This document shows positions 25,341 to 35,393 of a stretch of 52,138 bases of DNA, piece after piece. Location: IMG/VR virus record IMGVR_UViG_3300028840_005437, positions 1 through 52,138 of that record. One strand, 5' to 3'. Below the pieces are notes generated by a model. The model was not told where the DNA came from and did not search any database. It worked only from the letters and a program-made list of their open reading frames with translations. How positions within the stretch are numbered: the first letter of the stretch is position 1; each line of letters opens with the position of its first letter. This DNA comes from a virus (taxonomy: Duplodnaviria > Caudoviricetes). Made by a program: the position numbers and the translations under genes.

Positions 25341-26497
25341 TAAAAAAACCCCAATGGAAGATCGCTGTAGCGATTTCCTATTTGCTCCTGAACCGGTATT
25401 TCAGGAAAGGCGTAGGCGCCGGGATTGACGCAGACGAGTTTCGTCGTCGAACCGCCGCTTTCGCTTTCTCTGAAAATCACGTCTCGAACCAGCATTTTGC
25501 CGTTTATATCCGCGTAATCGTCCAGCACGTTAACCGCTATATTGGAATCCCATACGTTTTCACCTAAAGAATGCCCCTGCATAAGAACATCGTAAATAAT
25601 AGATTCGCTCTGAATTTTCACGGCTTCCCATCTGGTTCTGTCCTGACAATCATTTTGCGAGGACGGATTTTCCGCAATCAGATACTTTTGCCGAGTAGTG
25701 CGAATATTCGGGTCGATAACGAAGTCACTCGTTAAAATCAGATTTTCCGGAGTGATTTCCGACAGTTTGCTTATATCACCCCTCGCCGGCTGGGAAGCGG
25801 CTCTGTAGACGTTGAAACGCTTGGTCCCGTCATAACTAACCGACATTTCCTTCAGAATATTATTATTTTGATTATCCGCCGTGTTTCTTATTACGAAAGG
25901 AGACGGAGAATTGCCGCGACCGCGAGTGAACACCAGATCGCCGTTGCCGTTAGTAGTGACCAGGACGCTTCTTTTTCGAGCGAATTTCTCTATTATTTCG
26001 ATATACTTTTGCCCGGGTTCCTCGTTCAAATCCTCGTCGTCCCTGAAATCTTCTATATCCTCGTCGATCGCCACCTTGATGAACGGCTCGATAGCGGGAG
26101 CGATAATGGCCGGAAGAGGAGCCGCTCCCGGAACGATGGAGTTCTCAAGATATCCTATCAGAGTTTCCGCGACGGTTCTCAGCGATTGCTTCCCTCTGAA
26201 CTGAACTCTTGAGTCAATCGAAGAATCAATCAAATCTCCCGTTTTGGTTCGCCCCGCAAGAGTGAATAAATCCTGGCCGGCGCTTTGCGTTCTTTGAAGC
26301 TTCTCGATGAATCCGTCCAGTCTCAACTGTTCGTCGACGTAAATTCTTATGCTATTGCCGACTTTAAGACGAAAATCGCCGAAATCGGTCGACGCGGTCG
26401 TGAAGGAAAAGCTTCTTACCGCGTTCAGCAAAGACGCTCTCAGAGATATTTCCTTAAATCCGTCATAAGGCAGTCTGTTGACCTCGACTCGCATCAT
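25340..26497 (-). CDS. Baseplate hub (Mu gp44-like)
   Basis: LDGFIEK..GRTKTGDLIDS, VLVTTNGNGDLV; synteny. Confidence 0.85.
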   Translation of the reverse strand: MMRVEVNRLPYDGFKEISLRASLLNAVRSFSFTTASTDFGDFRLKVGNSIRIYVDEQLRLDGFIEKLQRTQSAGQDLFTLAGRTKTGDLIDSSIDSRVQFRGKQSLRTVAETLIGYLENSIVPGAAPLPAIIAPAIEPFIKVAIDEDIEDFRDDEDLNEEPGQKYIEIIEKFARKRSVLVTTNGNGDLVFTRGRGNSPSPFVIRNTADNQNNNILKEMSVSYDGTKRFNVYRAASQPARGDISKLSEITPENLILTSDFVIDPNIRTTRQKYLIAENPSSQNDCQDRTRWEAVKIQSESIIYDVLMQGHSLGENVWDSNIAVNVLDDYADINGKMLVRDVIFRESESGGSTTKLVCVNPGAYAFPEIPVQEQIGNRYSDLPLGFF

Positions 26498-27687
26498 CGG
26501 AAAACCTCCAGGTCTCCTCTAACGAAATCCACGTCCTTTACGGAGTTTAAAGACGCCAGCCGTTCGAAGTCGTCGACGTTCCCGTAAAGACGATAAGTCA
26601 GCTCCTGAAGAGTGGTCGGTCCGGTCTCGAAATCCACTATTCTCTTGACGTTCAAACGCCTGTCGTCAAGAAGTTCGTTCGTCAGCGATCTCAGAGAAGT
26701 CAGCTCCGCCGCCAGATCGTTGTCCGTCAGCGAAGGAAAAACCTTATCGAACTGGGAGTTCAGCTTTTCGGAGTAGACATCGATTTCGCGAATGGTGAAA
26801 AAGTCTATGTTAGCCGTTCTCTCGTACGCGAAAGCCAAAGCTCCGACCTGCATATACTGGTTAAGCAGCGTTCTGTTGGCCAGTCTCTCGATCCTCTCGA
26901 AAGTCGTCTGCGGTATTTCGGGATCTTCGTCTCCGAAGCCGAAGAACTTCTCCAAAGTCAGAAAAGCCTCTTCCGGCGTTTGAGCCAGAGCGACGGCCCT
27001 GTTGTAGAGATTCTTAAGACTGTTGACCAGTTGCTGCGGAAGATTGACGAGCCTGAGAATATTGTTGCGAAAATCCGTCAGCGCCTGAGCGAAGGCGTCT
27101 ATCTCCGCCAGTTGGCGATTAAAGGTTGTAGTCACCTTGTCGAACGCCGCTCCGATCTTGGCTAGAGTTTTAATGGCGGCGGAAAAATTAAAGGGAAACG
27201 CCGAGCTGACCTTGAAGTTTTCAACTATTTCCGTCCCGACGAATTCGATGGTCTGAACCTGCGCCTCCTCCACGGCGGCGATCGTGACCGTGAATTCCAG
27301 AGGAGCGATCTCGTCTTCGGCTCGAAAAAATTTCATCGAGAAATCGGCTCGGCCCAATTCCCCGACGCTCTCGACAAGAGTATACTTGTCGGCGACGACT
27401 AGAAACTTGCCTAGAAACGGATGGCTTAGAATGCCAGACCCCGGCTGCTCCAAAGCGTTTATCAGCGCTCTTTTCCGCTTAAAGTACTGACCGTCCGAAT
27501 TGGTGATTACGCCGCGAATATTAAAGACTTTCTGGTAAAGACCTTCATCCTCCACGGTCCTTCTGTCCGAATTGACGAACTCGTGCACCACGGTCTTGCG
27601 GCCTCCCGTCGTCGAAGTGTCGGCGGGTATGGCGAAAGGAACCCCCTTGAATGATGGCTCCTGCAATTCTGGTGAAATAGACGGCAT
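26494..27687 (-). CDS. DNA circularization / tail-tube initiator protein (Mu gp43-like)
   Basis: PSFKGVPF..GGRKTVVHEF..EDEG..LINALEQPGSGILSHPFLG. Confidence 0.9.
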   Translation of the reverse strand: MPSISPELQEPSFKGVPFAIPADTSTTGGRKTVVHEFVNSDRRTVEDEGLYQKVFNIRGVITNSDGQYFKRKRALINALEQPGSGILSHPFLGKFLVVADKYTLVESVGELGRADFSMKFFRAEDEIAPLEFTVTIAAVEEAQVQTIEFVGTEIVENFKVSSAFPFNFSAAIKTLAKIGAAFDKVTTTFNRQLAEIDAFAQALTDFRNNILRLVNLPQQLVNSLKNLYNRAVALAQTPEEAFLTLEKFFGFGDEDPEIPQTTFERIERLANRTLLNQYMQVGALAFAYERTANIDFFTIREIDVYSEKLNSQFDKVFPSLTDNDLAAELTSLRSLTNELLDDRRLNVKRIVDFETGPTTLQELTYRLYGNVDDFERLASLNSVKDVDFVRGDLEVFR

Positions 27688-27748
27688 AGCATTGCAATGT
27701 GATGACGACCATTTTACCCGATCGGGAAAAATGGTTCGTTATTGATTC

Positions 27749-29353
27749 TCAGTAAGCGAAATTAGTTCCCATGTTGAAGTCCACGTCTCCTTCGGCGGTC
27801 CCACGCGCGCTTTCGACGGCTTCCGTATTGCCTCTTAGGTTCACGTCCACCTGAACTCGACCGGCGGCTCCGGCCTTACCCGCTGTTCCTCCCATTTCTT
27901 CCCGCGTCATAATGCTTTCCAATCGAGGAGTCTCGCCTTTTATCAATGACCATAATTGGCCGATATTTTCCAATCTCGCAAGAAAGGCATCCCAACCCTT
28001 AGCTAACGCGAAAGGAGCCGTTAGGATTTCCCAAATCAATAAAACGGTGTTCAGAAATTGCAGAGCGCTGCTCGTCAGTCTGATGAAGAAACCTAAAATA
28101 GCTTTCAGACCGCCGGGGGGAGCGCCGCTCAAAAGAGTTATGAAAGCCACCCATTGTCTGTGCAGTTCAAGCAAGGCGGGCTTAATTTCATCAAAAATGT
28201 CTTTAAGGGACTTATCCCAAACCGCCCATATTTTATTTACTTCCTTTTCATAAGAAGTAAGCACGGTCCTAGCAGTATCCAAAGCGATATTGGTTCCTTT
28301 TAATTCTTTTTTGAATTCCCTGATTAATGGTATGGCTTTCATGATTTCGGTAGCGGCATGCGCTTGGCGAACTCCGAAAATATCCGCTGATTTGGCCACG
28401 TCCAGAAGCGACCCGTCCACCGAAAGCAAGTCAGCCGCCAATCCTTCAAGGACGCTCATAAACGTATCGCCATTCTCTTTAGCCTGACGCGCCACTCGTA
28501 TCATCACCGTTCTAAGGGAAGTTCCGGCAATGCTGTTTAGTATGCCGGCGCGAGCCAATGCCTGAAGAACCGAGATTAATTCTATGAAGGGAACTTGAGC
28601 GGATTGGGCGATAGGACCGGATTTCAAAAAAGACCTCGCCATGTCGATAACTTCCGCGCTTCCCTTTCTCTGCGCCGCCGCCAGAATATTCGTGAATTCG
28701 GCAGCCGACTCCGCCGTGCGTCCGTAAACGTTCAGAGCGACGGTCAAGGCTCTGGAGACTTTTTCTATCTGCTCCATCGGAGCGTCCAGAATCAGAGTCC
28801 ATTTGGTGAGTTCGGCCAATGCCGGAACGTTTTTCAGAAGTTCGGGCTTCAATCCGGCGACGCGCTTGAAACCGGTCATCACGTCCTCCATAGGAACTCC
28901 CATGACGCGTGAAAATTGGAAAGCCTTCTTTTCCAGAAACTCGAAATCCTTCCCGACGATTCCAGTAAGAGCCTCCGTTATTTTGAAGGCCTTGTCCATA
29001 GGCTTCATCTTATCGACAAACTGTTTCATGCCCATACCCGTCATTCCCATGGTCACCAGCAAAGACGCCAGTCTGAACTTCAGATTGCCAACCACGGCGC
29101 TCATGCCGCGCATGGCCATCGTCTGCTTCCTGGTGTCGCGCGTAAAGCGCTCCATTCCTTCGCGCGCCTGACGGGTTCCTCTTTTAGCCTTGTCCATGCT
29201 CTCGGAAGCCGCCTTCTCGAATTTTTTGAAATTCTTGGACGCCCCCAGTATATTCTTGTCTATCTTCTGAATATGCTGGTTCAGTTGCGCCGCCACCTTG
29301 CTGTATTTGTCGATCAGCTCAATGACGTAGGCTATCTGAAAATTACCGGGCAT
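27749..29353 (-). CDS. Tape measure protein (short, 534 aa)
   Basis: Helical and Ala-rich; GILNSIAGTSLRT and IFG motifs; position after chaperones. Confidence 0.9.
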   Translation of the reverse strand: MPGNFQIAYVIELIDKYSKVAAQLNQHIQKIDKNILGASKNFKKFEKAASESMDKAKRGTRQAREGMERFTRDTRKQTMAMRGMSAVVGNLKFRLASLLVTMGMTGMGMKQFVDKMKPMDKAFKITEALTGIVGKDFEFLEKKAFQFSRVMGVPMEDVMTGFKRVAGLKPELLKNVPALAELTKWTLILDAPMEQIEKVSRALTVALNVYGRTAESAAEFTNILAAAQRKGSAEVIDMARSFLKSGPIAQSAQVPFIELISVLQALARAGILNSIAGTSLRTVMIRVARQAKENGDTFMSVLEGLAADLLSVDGSLLDVAKSADIFGVRQAHAATEIMKAIPLIREFKKELKGTNIALDTARTVLTSYEKEVNKIWAVWDKSLKDIFDEIKPALLELHRQWVAFITLLSGAPPGGLKAILGFFIRLTSSALQFLNTVLLIWEILTAPFALAKGWDAFLARLENIGQLWSLIKGETPRLESIMTREEMGGTAGKAGAAGRVQVDVNLRGNTEAVESARGTAEGDVDFNMGTNFAY

Positions 29354-29355
29354 GT

Positions 29356-29574
29356 TTATTTGCTCCTTCCGTCCATTTTAAGCAGTCTGGATAAGTCCGC
29401 ATGCATTCTTAAAAGCTTTGTCACGGGCATGTTTTCCGCTTCAGTCAGACTGACGGCTCCTCCGAAAAAATAAATCACCTCGTTCCTGATTTTCTCTAAG
29501 CCCTCGCGATCTTCTCTTCGGCTCGCGAATCTTCCGTCATGGACGCCTTGAAGATGGAGGGCTGGATAAAAACC
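29356..29574 (-). CDS. Tail assembly chaperone C-terminal extension (gpGT-like, -1 frame)
   Basis: -1 frame overlapping the chaperone 3' end and stopping just before the tape measure ATG; no convincing start of its own. Confidence 0.5.
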   Translation of the reverse strand, partial: GFYPALHLQGVHDGRFASRREDREGLEKIRNEVIYFFGGAVSLTEAENMPVTKLLRMHADLSRLLKMDGRSK

Positions 29575-30059
29575 CCGATAAACTGAAAAAGCATATCGAG
29601 CTTGTCGTCGTTCCGCAGTTCGTTCCATTGCAGGATATTGATTTTCATATCCTTGACCAGAACGCAGCCCGCCGTCGCCAGCTCGAAAAACATATCTATC
29701 GCGTCTTTCACGGGAAACCTGGAGAAATCCGCCAGATACTGAAAAGACTCTCCGGCTTTGGCCGGCGTCTGTTCCGCCAGCAAGTCGGGCTTTTCCTCCT
29801 CATCCATCGTTAGAAGCTTCGGAGTTTCGATCGCGTATTGAGCGATCATGGAAGAGATCGCCGCCGATTCCATCAGGGCTTTTCCGACCATTTGCCGAAG
29901 CGGATAAGCCTCGAAGAGAAGTCCCATCCCCGGCGCTTTCACCTTGAGCTTATCCACTCGAACGCTTTGACCGCCGACATTGTATCCAACCGGCTTCCTC
30001 AGATGAAAATCGAATGAATCGATTTCCAAAGCCTTTTTTTCGTCGTTGTTTTTATCCAT
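29496..30059 (-). CDS. Tail assembly chaperone
   Basis: Lies between tube and tape measure genes. Confidence 0.7.
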   Translation of the reverse strand: MDKNNDEKKALEIDSFDFHLRKPVGYNVGGQSVRVDKLKVKAPGMGLLFEAYPLRQMVGKALMESAAISSMIAQYAIETPKLLTMDEEEKPDLLAEQTPAKAGESFQYLADFSRFPVKDAIDMFFELATAGCVLVKDMKINILQWNELRNDDKLDMLFQFIGVFIQPSIFKASMTEDSRAEEKIARA

Positions 30060-30439
30060 TATACGAACGCTTCTCCCTCGAACACTATTTCCGCTTCTCC
30101 CTCGACTCCGATCGCTATTTCAGGGTCATTGAGCATAATGGCGCTAGTCATGGTTCTGGTAATTCCGGATTCCTGAAAAGCCACCGTGTTGGCGTCGAAA
30201 TTGCGCTGCCATTTCTCCACCAGCTCTACCGTCTCCGTCGTCGTATGCATGACGAATTTGATATAGCCGCGTTGAGTTTCAATGTCTTCGGTGTTTATGC
30301 TTTCCTTTTTGCCGGCTCCTCCCGAAGCGACTCTGCTTTTTCTGTCTCCCGCTCCCCCCTTGTAGCTTACGGAATTAGGCTTAATCCAGGCGACTACGCC
30401 GTTGACCGCTATTTGCGGCTGATAAAGTTCTGTTGCCAT
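30059..30439 (-). CDS. Tail tube protein
   Basis: 126 aa, beta-rich, follows sheath; ends EIVFEG. Confidence 0.8.
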   Translation of the reverse strand: MATELYQPQIAVNGVVAWIKPNSVSYKGGAGDRKSRVASGGAGKKESINTEDIETQRGYIKFVMHTTTETVELVEKWQRNFDANTVAFQESGITRTMTSAIMLNDPEIAIGVEGEAEIVFEGEAFV

Positions 30440-30452
30440 GTTTGATAACCTC

Positions 30453-32033
30453 CTATACCGAAAGCGGGACGTCGAATCTTATTTGAATCGTCGCCTGATA
30501 ATTTCTGAATTGAGTCAGTATCGGGACGCGTTGGTCCACGGTCGCGGTTCCCGTGTCGAAATCTATGGAAACGTTCAGATTCTGCCGGTAGAAGCTAACG
30601 GCCTCCGGTCCGCCCACCACGAGCGAATATTCCGGAGTGGACGCTCTGACGTAAAGCTGGACCAGAAACCCGGACAATTCGTCTACGTTCACCGACGGAA
30701 CGCCGGGAATAAGAGCGCCGTCCACCAGACGATGCTGAGGATATTTCGCGAGAATGTTGTTGTACTGAAGCTCCCTGAACGCGCTTCCCTCGTCCACGTA
30801 GTTCAAAAATTTGAATGTGACGTCGGGATTGGCCGCCGCGTCCGTCTTGTAGGTCGTGACGACATTACCGGAAATAATCTGGTTTTTGGCTCTGTTGTTG
30901 CCGCGAACCGTGATCCCGGCGTCGTTGAGAGCGTCGATCTGCGTTTGGGAAAACCCCTTCCCGGCCGGAATGACAGGCGAATAGGGGAAGGGCGTGTTGG
31001 CGTACGGCTTCGAAGACAGATGAACGCCTCCGAATGCGTCTCGTCCGGCTTCGCCCACTATAAACCGGGAAATATTTACTCCATCCGTCAGTCTCATCGC
31101 TCTGATCCCCCCCGCGTAGCCGACCGTGTCGTAGGAAGGCTCCAGGATGGCCGGTCCCTTGTACAGGGAATCGTTAACCAAAGCGTCTCCGTAAATGACG
31201 AGACTCTGACTGTTTTCAGCGTTCGCGGCCGATTTCAGATTAGCCTCCGTGTCGATCAGCGCCGTGATTCCGCGTCCGTCGAGCAGTTCTCCCGTGGGAT
31301 TGAAGCGCGGGTCCAGAAAGTCGGTCAGCGTGTCGAATCCCCAGTTGGCGGGATAAAGAACGGTCTGGTATCTCTCGGTCGCCACGGGATCGAAAAGAGT
31401 CGTCAAAACAGGGTCGGTAGCTCCGCCCGACATGGCCGTGACCGCGATCGAAACATCCGGGATCGATCCCACGACCTTGATCCCAATATCATTGCCGACG
31501 GTTCCCTTGTGAACCGAAGTCAAAGCAACGTCTCCCGCCGTGTTCACCGCCGAAACCTGAGCTTTCGAGTCCGCCGTTATCGCGGCCACGAGCGCGTCGC
31601 CGATAGCGGTGACGCTATCGTTGTCATCGTAGGAAACCGTATAGCTATGATTTCTGGAACCTCCGACAATCACGGTTATCGATCCGGATCCGTCCGCCGG
31701 TCCCGACGTGAAGGTCACATTACCGGACGCCTCCGTTCCCCCGCCGTTATCGTCAAGGCCTATGGCGTCCAACTTGGTGTAGCGATTGAGAGGCGCCGTC
31801 AGACTTCCCTTGAAGGCTCTAATCATCGACGCCAGCATTGATTGCTCGTCGAACAGAGTGTCCCAGGAATTGTCGTTTCCGATGTCCTCCTGAAGCTCTC
31901 CCGAAGTCGCCGTTCCGCCGGGCAGCTTTTGACCGACCGCCAAAACCCGATGTTCGGTCAATCCGACTTCGGGATTGTCGCCCCGCAAAGAAATGGAGGC
32001 GCTCGGATAAATTATTTTTGTGTCTCCCGCCAT
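30453..32033 (-). CDS. Contractile tail sheath protein
   Basis: VLAVGQKL, FDEQSMLASM, TAMSGGATDP, VTTYKTDAA (Mu gpL-like). Confidence 0.95.
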   Translation of the reverse strand: MAGDTKIIYPSASISLRGDNPEVGLTEHRVLAVGQKLPGGTATSGELQEDIGNDNSWDTLFDEQSMLASMIRAFKGSLTAPLNRYTKLDAIGLDDNGGGTEASGNVTFTSGPADGSGSITVIVGGSRNHSYTVSYDDNDSVTAIGDALVAAITADSKAQVSAVNTAGDVALTSVHKGTVGNDIGIKVVGSIPDVSIAVTAMSGGATDPVLTTLFDPVATERYQTVLYPANWGFDTLTDFLDPRFNPTGELLDGRGITALIDTEANLKSAANAENSQSLVIYGDALVNDSLYKGPAILEPSYDTVGYAGGIRAMRLTDGVNISRFIVGEAGRDAFGGVHLSSKPYANTPFPYSPVIPAGKGFSQTQIDALNDAGITVRGNNRAKNQIISGNVVTTYKTDAAANPDVTFKFLNYVDEGSAFRELQYNNILAKYPQHRLVDGALIPGVPSVNVDELSGFLVQLYVRASTPEYSLVVGGPEAVSFYRQNLNVSIDFDTGTATVDQRVPILTQFRNYQATIQIRFDVPLSV

Positions 32034-32081
32034 GTCATCTCCTTAATGATCGCAGGTTGTTATTGATTGCCGCTTAAGGCG

Positions 32082-33197
32082 TTACAAAGGTTCCTCGTCC
32101 AGATCGATGTCGGATTCCAGTTTGCTTGTTCCGGTCCCGAAATCGTATCCCGTTTCCGTTTCCACGTCTCTCAAAGCCCGATTGTCTTCAGGACCAATCG
32201 TGTCGGGATAGGTGACGTCAACCACCCGCTGAAAGGAAAACTCATGAATGTAAATCGCGTCGTCGCTGCCTTCGGCCACGAATCTGTCTCCGGTGGGAGC
32301 CGTCTTCGACCAGGCGTTTTCTATCAGCGAAGTCGAGAAAATCCTGCCAAGCAGCGAATTGTATATGAATCCCCTGACATCCTCCATCGCGTCCTGAAAC
32401 TGGCGTCCGCCATAGGCGGTTACGGCCGGAGCGAAAACGAACGTTCTGAAATTCTCCATGAGCCGCGCTCTGAATTCGTCCTGTCGGGAAAACTCGAAGA
32501 CCGCGTCTCCCAAAATCTGCCTGTCCTTGACGGCCAGCGTGTCGTCGATTACGACGAACAGCCAGTATTCATCTGTCTGCTGCGCGGTATAGCTCCTCAG
32601 CGCTCGACCGAGATCAAGCGCCGAACTGATCCTCGTCCCTCCTTCGGCGAGGATGGTTCCTCCGGCCGGACTGATCGGAGTCGTCGCTATCTGGTAGGTG
32701 AAAGTCGTCGGATCGAAGACCGTTATCTCGAATCTGCCGTTATAGCCTCCCTCCTGCCTCAGCGCCGGACTTCCCGTCGCGGGAGTGCTCGGCGAACCGG
32801 AAACGGGATAGCTGAACGTCTTTCTGTTCGGGACGGCCGACAGAATCTCCCTGTCGTTGTATTCCGATTCGTTCGCTCCTTCGACATCCGCGTAGTTGAA
32901 GTCGTAAAGATTTCCGTAACGGATCATTCGCTCGGTCGGCAAAGTCAGATCATGATCGTTCTGAGTGATCGCCGTCGCGATTCCGTCCGCGAAAGTAAGA
33001 CTCGTAATCGGGTTCAGCTCTTTGGCTCCCTTGACGAGAACGTATGTCCCTGTCGTCAGATTGTGAGGGACGGCCGTGACCGCCGTCACCGTGTTTCCGC
33101 TTCTGGTTAGAGAAGTCACCGAGACCGAATCCGTGAATAAGTCGGTTCTCTTGGGAAGTTCGTTCTGTAGTTGGGCTACGACTTCGGAAGCTCTCAT
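32082..33197 (-). CDS. Tail terminator/completion protein with inserted beta-sandwich modules
   Basis: Directly upstream of sheath; repeated TSLT...H.L...YN...TF.Y modules. Confidence 0.7.
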   Translation of the reverse strand: MRASEVVAQLQNELPKRTDLFTDSVSVTSLTRSGNTVTAVTAVPHNLTTGTYVLVKGAKELNPITSLTFADGIATAITQNDHDLTLPTERMIRYGNLYDFNYADVEGANESEYNDREILSAVPNRKTFSYPVSGSPSTPATGSPALRQEGGYNGRFEITVFDPTTFTYQIATTPISPAGGTILAEGGTRISSALDLGRALRSYTAQQTDEYWLFVVIDDTLAVKDRQILGDAVFEFSRQDEFRARLMENFRTFVFAPAVTAYGGRQFQDAMEDVRGFIYNSLLGRIFSTSLIENAWSKTAPTGDRFVAEGSDDAIYIHEFSFQRVVDVTYPDTIGPEDNRALRDVETETGYDFGTGTSKLESDIDLDEEPL

Positions 33198-33478
33198 TCT
33201 TCGATCATCTCGTAAGTATCCTTGAAAATGTCGGGCTTACATGGGTAGAATTCCCCCCGAACTCCCTTGATGATCCAATCTCCTTGAGATGCGATCATTT
33301 CACCCTCCAAAGTCTGGATTGGGAAAATGGATTTGCCTAGATTATACGCGGAAACAATGTAGGTATCATGGCGGATGTTCATGAAACTTAATACGTCTCT
33401 AATATTTCCGCCGTCTTCCGGATGATAGCCAAGCCATTGAATCGCCTCTATCTCCACAGGTCTTTTTCTGAATCTCAT
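33194..33478 (-). CDS. PGDYG-like small phage protein
   Basis: FRKRPVEIEAIQW..TLEGEM..GDWIIKGVRGEFYPCKPDIF..TY. Confidence 0.85.
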   Translation of the reverse strand: MRFRKRPVEIEAIQWLGYHPEDGGNIRDVLSFMNIRHDTYIVSAYNLGKSIFPIQTLEGEMIASQGDWIIKGVRGEFYPCKPDIFKDTYEMIEE

Positions 33479-33524
33479 AATATTTTATATTCTAATAAGC
33501 TCCTTCCAAGGCTGATTGGCGTAA

Positions 33525-34043
33525 TTATATCCTTAGCATTTTTCTGGCTATTTGCCTGGAATAGTAATTATTGATATTCCGATAATTAAACATGACATTC
33601 TTGCGAAGATAAAAGCGGCGCATAACCGTTTCCAGTTTAAGCGCGTAGTTAACGGTTCTACCGAATCCGACTTGACCTCCCAAATCAATATATCGGACTC
33701 TTTTAACCATCGGGACCGATCCTCCTTCGTTGCCTGCTCCTATTACAAGCTGGGAACTCGAAGCGACGTAATTAACGGAAGCGCTCAGGGAACCGGTGAA
33801 AACCGCCGGGGCTTCTCCTGGCGCGGAAGCCCTGTGAACGACATCCTTTTCTCCTCTCCAGAACTCTCTAAGAACGTAACGCTTGCCGTGCTTCGGCCTG
33901 CGCATGTCGGCTCTAATGTCTTTTTGAACCTGCCTGCCTATCAGCGTGTTCGCGCTTCTTATCCCAACTTCGATGTTTCGCGGAATATTGGCGATCTGCC
34001 TGAAAACCTTTTGATTCGCCGGGCGTCCGGTTATTCTGAACAT
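33525..34043 (-). CDS. Neck/tail component (HK97 gp10-like)
   Basis: HRASAPGEAPAVFTGSL..S; YA..LE; basic protein. Confidence 0.8.
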   Translation of the reverse strand: MFRITGRPANQKVFRQIANIPRNIEVGIRSANTLIGRQVQKDIRADMRRPKHGKRYVLREFWRGEKDVVHRASAPGEAPAVFTGSLSASVNYVASSSQLVIGAGNEGGSVPMVKRVRYIDLGGQVGFGRTVNYALKLETVMRRFYLRKNVMFNYRNINNYYSRQIARKMLRI

Positions 34044-34045
34044 GG

Positions 34046-34438
34046 CTATACCTGATTAATGGGAAGCGTTTTGATTCCCCTGATAACGCAGTAAAGAAAC
34101 AAATATTCGTTGCGCTGCTCCAGGTTCTCCGCGCTTAGAATATCGTAGTTAACGTTTTCGTACTCGACCCAAACTTCCGAAGTCACGTCGTCCCGATACC
34201 GAATCATGAACAAATGCGTGATCTGACGAGCGATATTCGTTCTGTCGAATAAAATCGGACCTCTGGACATCGTCTGAACCGCGGCCCATTCCTCGCTCCC
34301 CGGGTCGAAAGTCTCCGAATAATCGACCGAATCTCCGCTTGGGGGAGTGATGTTTCGCCCCTTCAGCGTAATCAGCTTGTCCATCGCCCCGATGCATACC
34401 TGACGACGCTTCGGGTTTATTTTAGCGCATTTCGTCAT
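34046..34438 (-). CDS. Head closure (head-tail adaptor) protein
   Basis: WAAV..ITHLFMIRYR..YDI. Confidence 0.85.
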   Translation of the reverse strand: MTKCAKINPKRRQVCIGAMDKLITLKGRNITPPSGDSVDYSETFDPGSEEWAAVQTMSRGPILFDRTNIARQITHLFMIRYRDDVTSEVWVEYENVNYDILSAENLEQRNEYLFLYCVIRGIKTLPINQV

Positions 34439-34444
34439 ACGGTT

Positions 34445-35233
34445 TTATTCGAACTCGGCCGCGTCGACGCCGTCGAAGACGATCGGCGGATTGAAAGAAG
34501 CGTCAGGCAAACCCGTGACGGAAGGTTCATTGCGCGAAACCGGAATAAGAATCGCTTTTAAATATTCGGCTATTTCCTCGCCTGTGGCGACGCGCCAGGG
34601 AAAGCCATAAAAAAATATTCCCAAATCATGATTGTCGCATGCCATTTCTCCGGTAAGGGAGTTGCGCCTGTAACCATTGACGCATACGGCGAGAAGCGAT
34701 TCGCAGGCGTATTCTCCGGGACTCGTTTCCTTAAAAGCGCTTATGGGAATCGCCACCTTCATAAGCGATGTTTTCGGAGGATAATAGTATAACGATTCTC
34801 CGATCGAGAATATTTCTCCATATAGCGGAGCGATCGGAAAACGATCCGACGGCATGGGATAGTCGGAAAACTCGACATAAGGCGCCCCCGCGCAGTGATC
34901 GGCGGCGAATACGATCTTGTCTCCGGGAATTATTAATCGGCCGTCGCTCATAAGAGGCAAAGCCTTGTATTCAGGATTGAACCGCAAAAAAACCTTTCCC
35001 TTGTCGATTCTGGATTTTCCTATGGGAACGCCCGCCGCGTATGTGGAATACAGCCTTTGCGAGAAGGGCGTCAGGGATTCCAGGTAAGAGAAATTACTGT
35101 TTAGCTCGTCAGCGTCCACTATTTTCCCGTTTCGCAGAATATGGGGGACGTCGGCTGAAACTATCGCTGCGAAGGTTATTATCGCAAGAAACATGACTCC
35201 GAAGAGCTTCTTTTCGCGATCTATGAATTCCAT
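34445..35233 (-). CDS. Inserted putative secreted/surface protein
   Basis: Start MEFIDREKK with signal peptide; NGKIVDADELNSNFSYL motif; interrupts head-tail genes. Confidence 0.55.
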   Translation of the reverse strand: MEFIDREKKLFGVMFLAIITFAAIVSADVPHILRNGKIVDADELNSNFSYLESLTPFSQRLYSTYAAGVPIGKSRIDKGKVFLRFNPEYKALPLMSDGRLIIPGDKIVFAADHCAGAPYVEFSDYPMPSDRFPIAPLYGEIFSIGESLYYYPPKTSLMKVAIPISAFKETSPGEYACESLLAVCVNGYRRNSLTGEMACDNHDLGIFFYGFPWRVATGEEIAEYLKAILIPVSRNEPSVTGLPDASFNPPIVFDGVDAAEFE

Positions 35234-35393
35234 TGTTTTTTCCCCGCGCATATTGAGATTCTCCGTAGATTCCGACTCCGTATACGGATGACTCCTCTTC
35301 ATGCTCATTCGAATAGGATTGTTGGCAGCCATACATCAGAGCGATAGCGATATATATTTTCAAAAGAAACGGCATACGATTCTCTTTCGTTTA

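Noticed and set aside
27708-27735. Imperfect palindrome ACCATTTTACCCGATCGGGAAAAATGGT between tape measure and gp43-like genes
   Set aside because: Single occurrence with no further support; probably an ordinary mRNA hairpin.
30438-33110. Long plus-strand ORFs of 467 and 347 aa
   Set aside because: Antisense shadows of the sheath and tail terminator genes, with no recognisable motifs.
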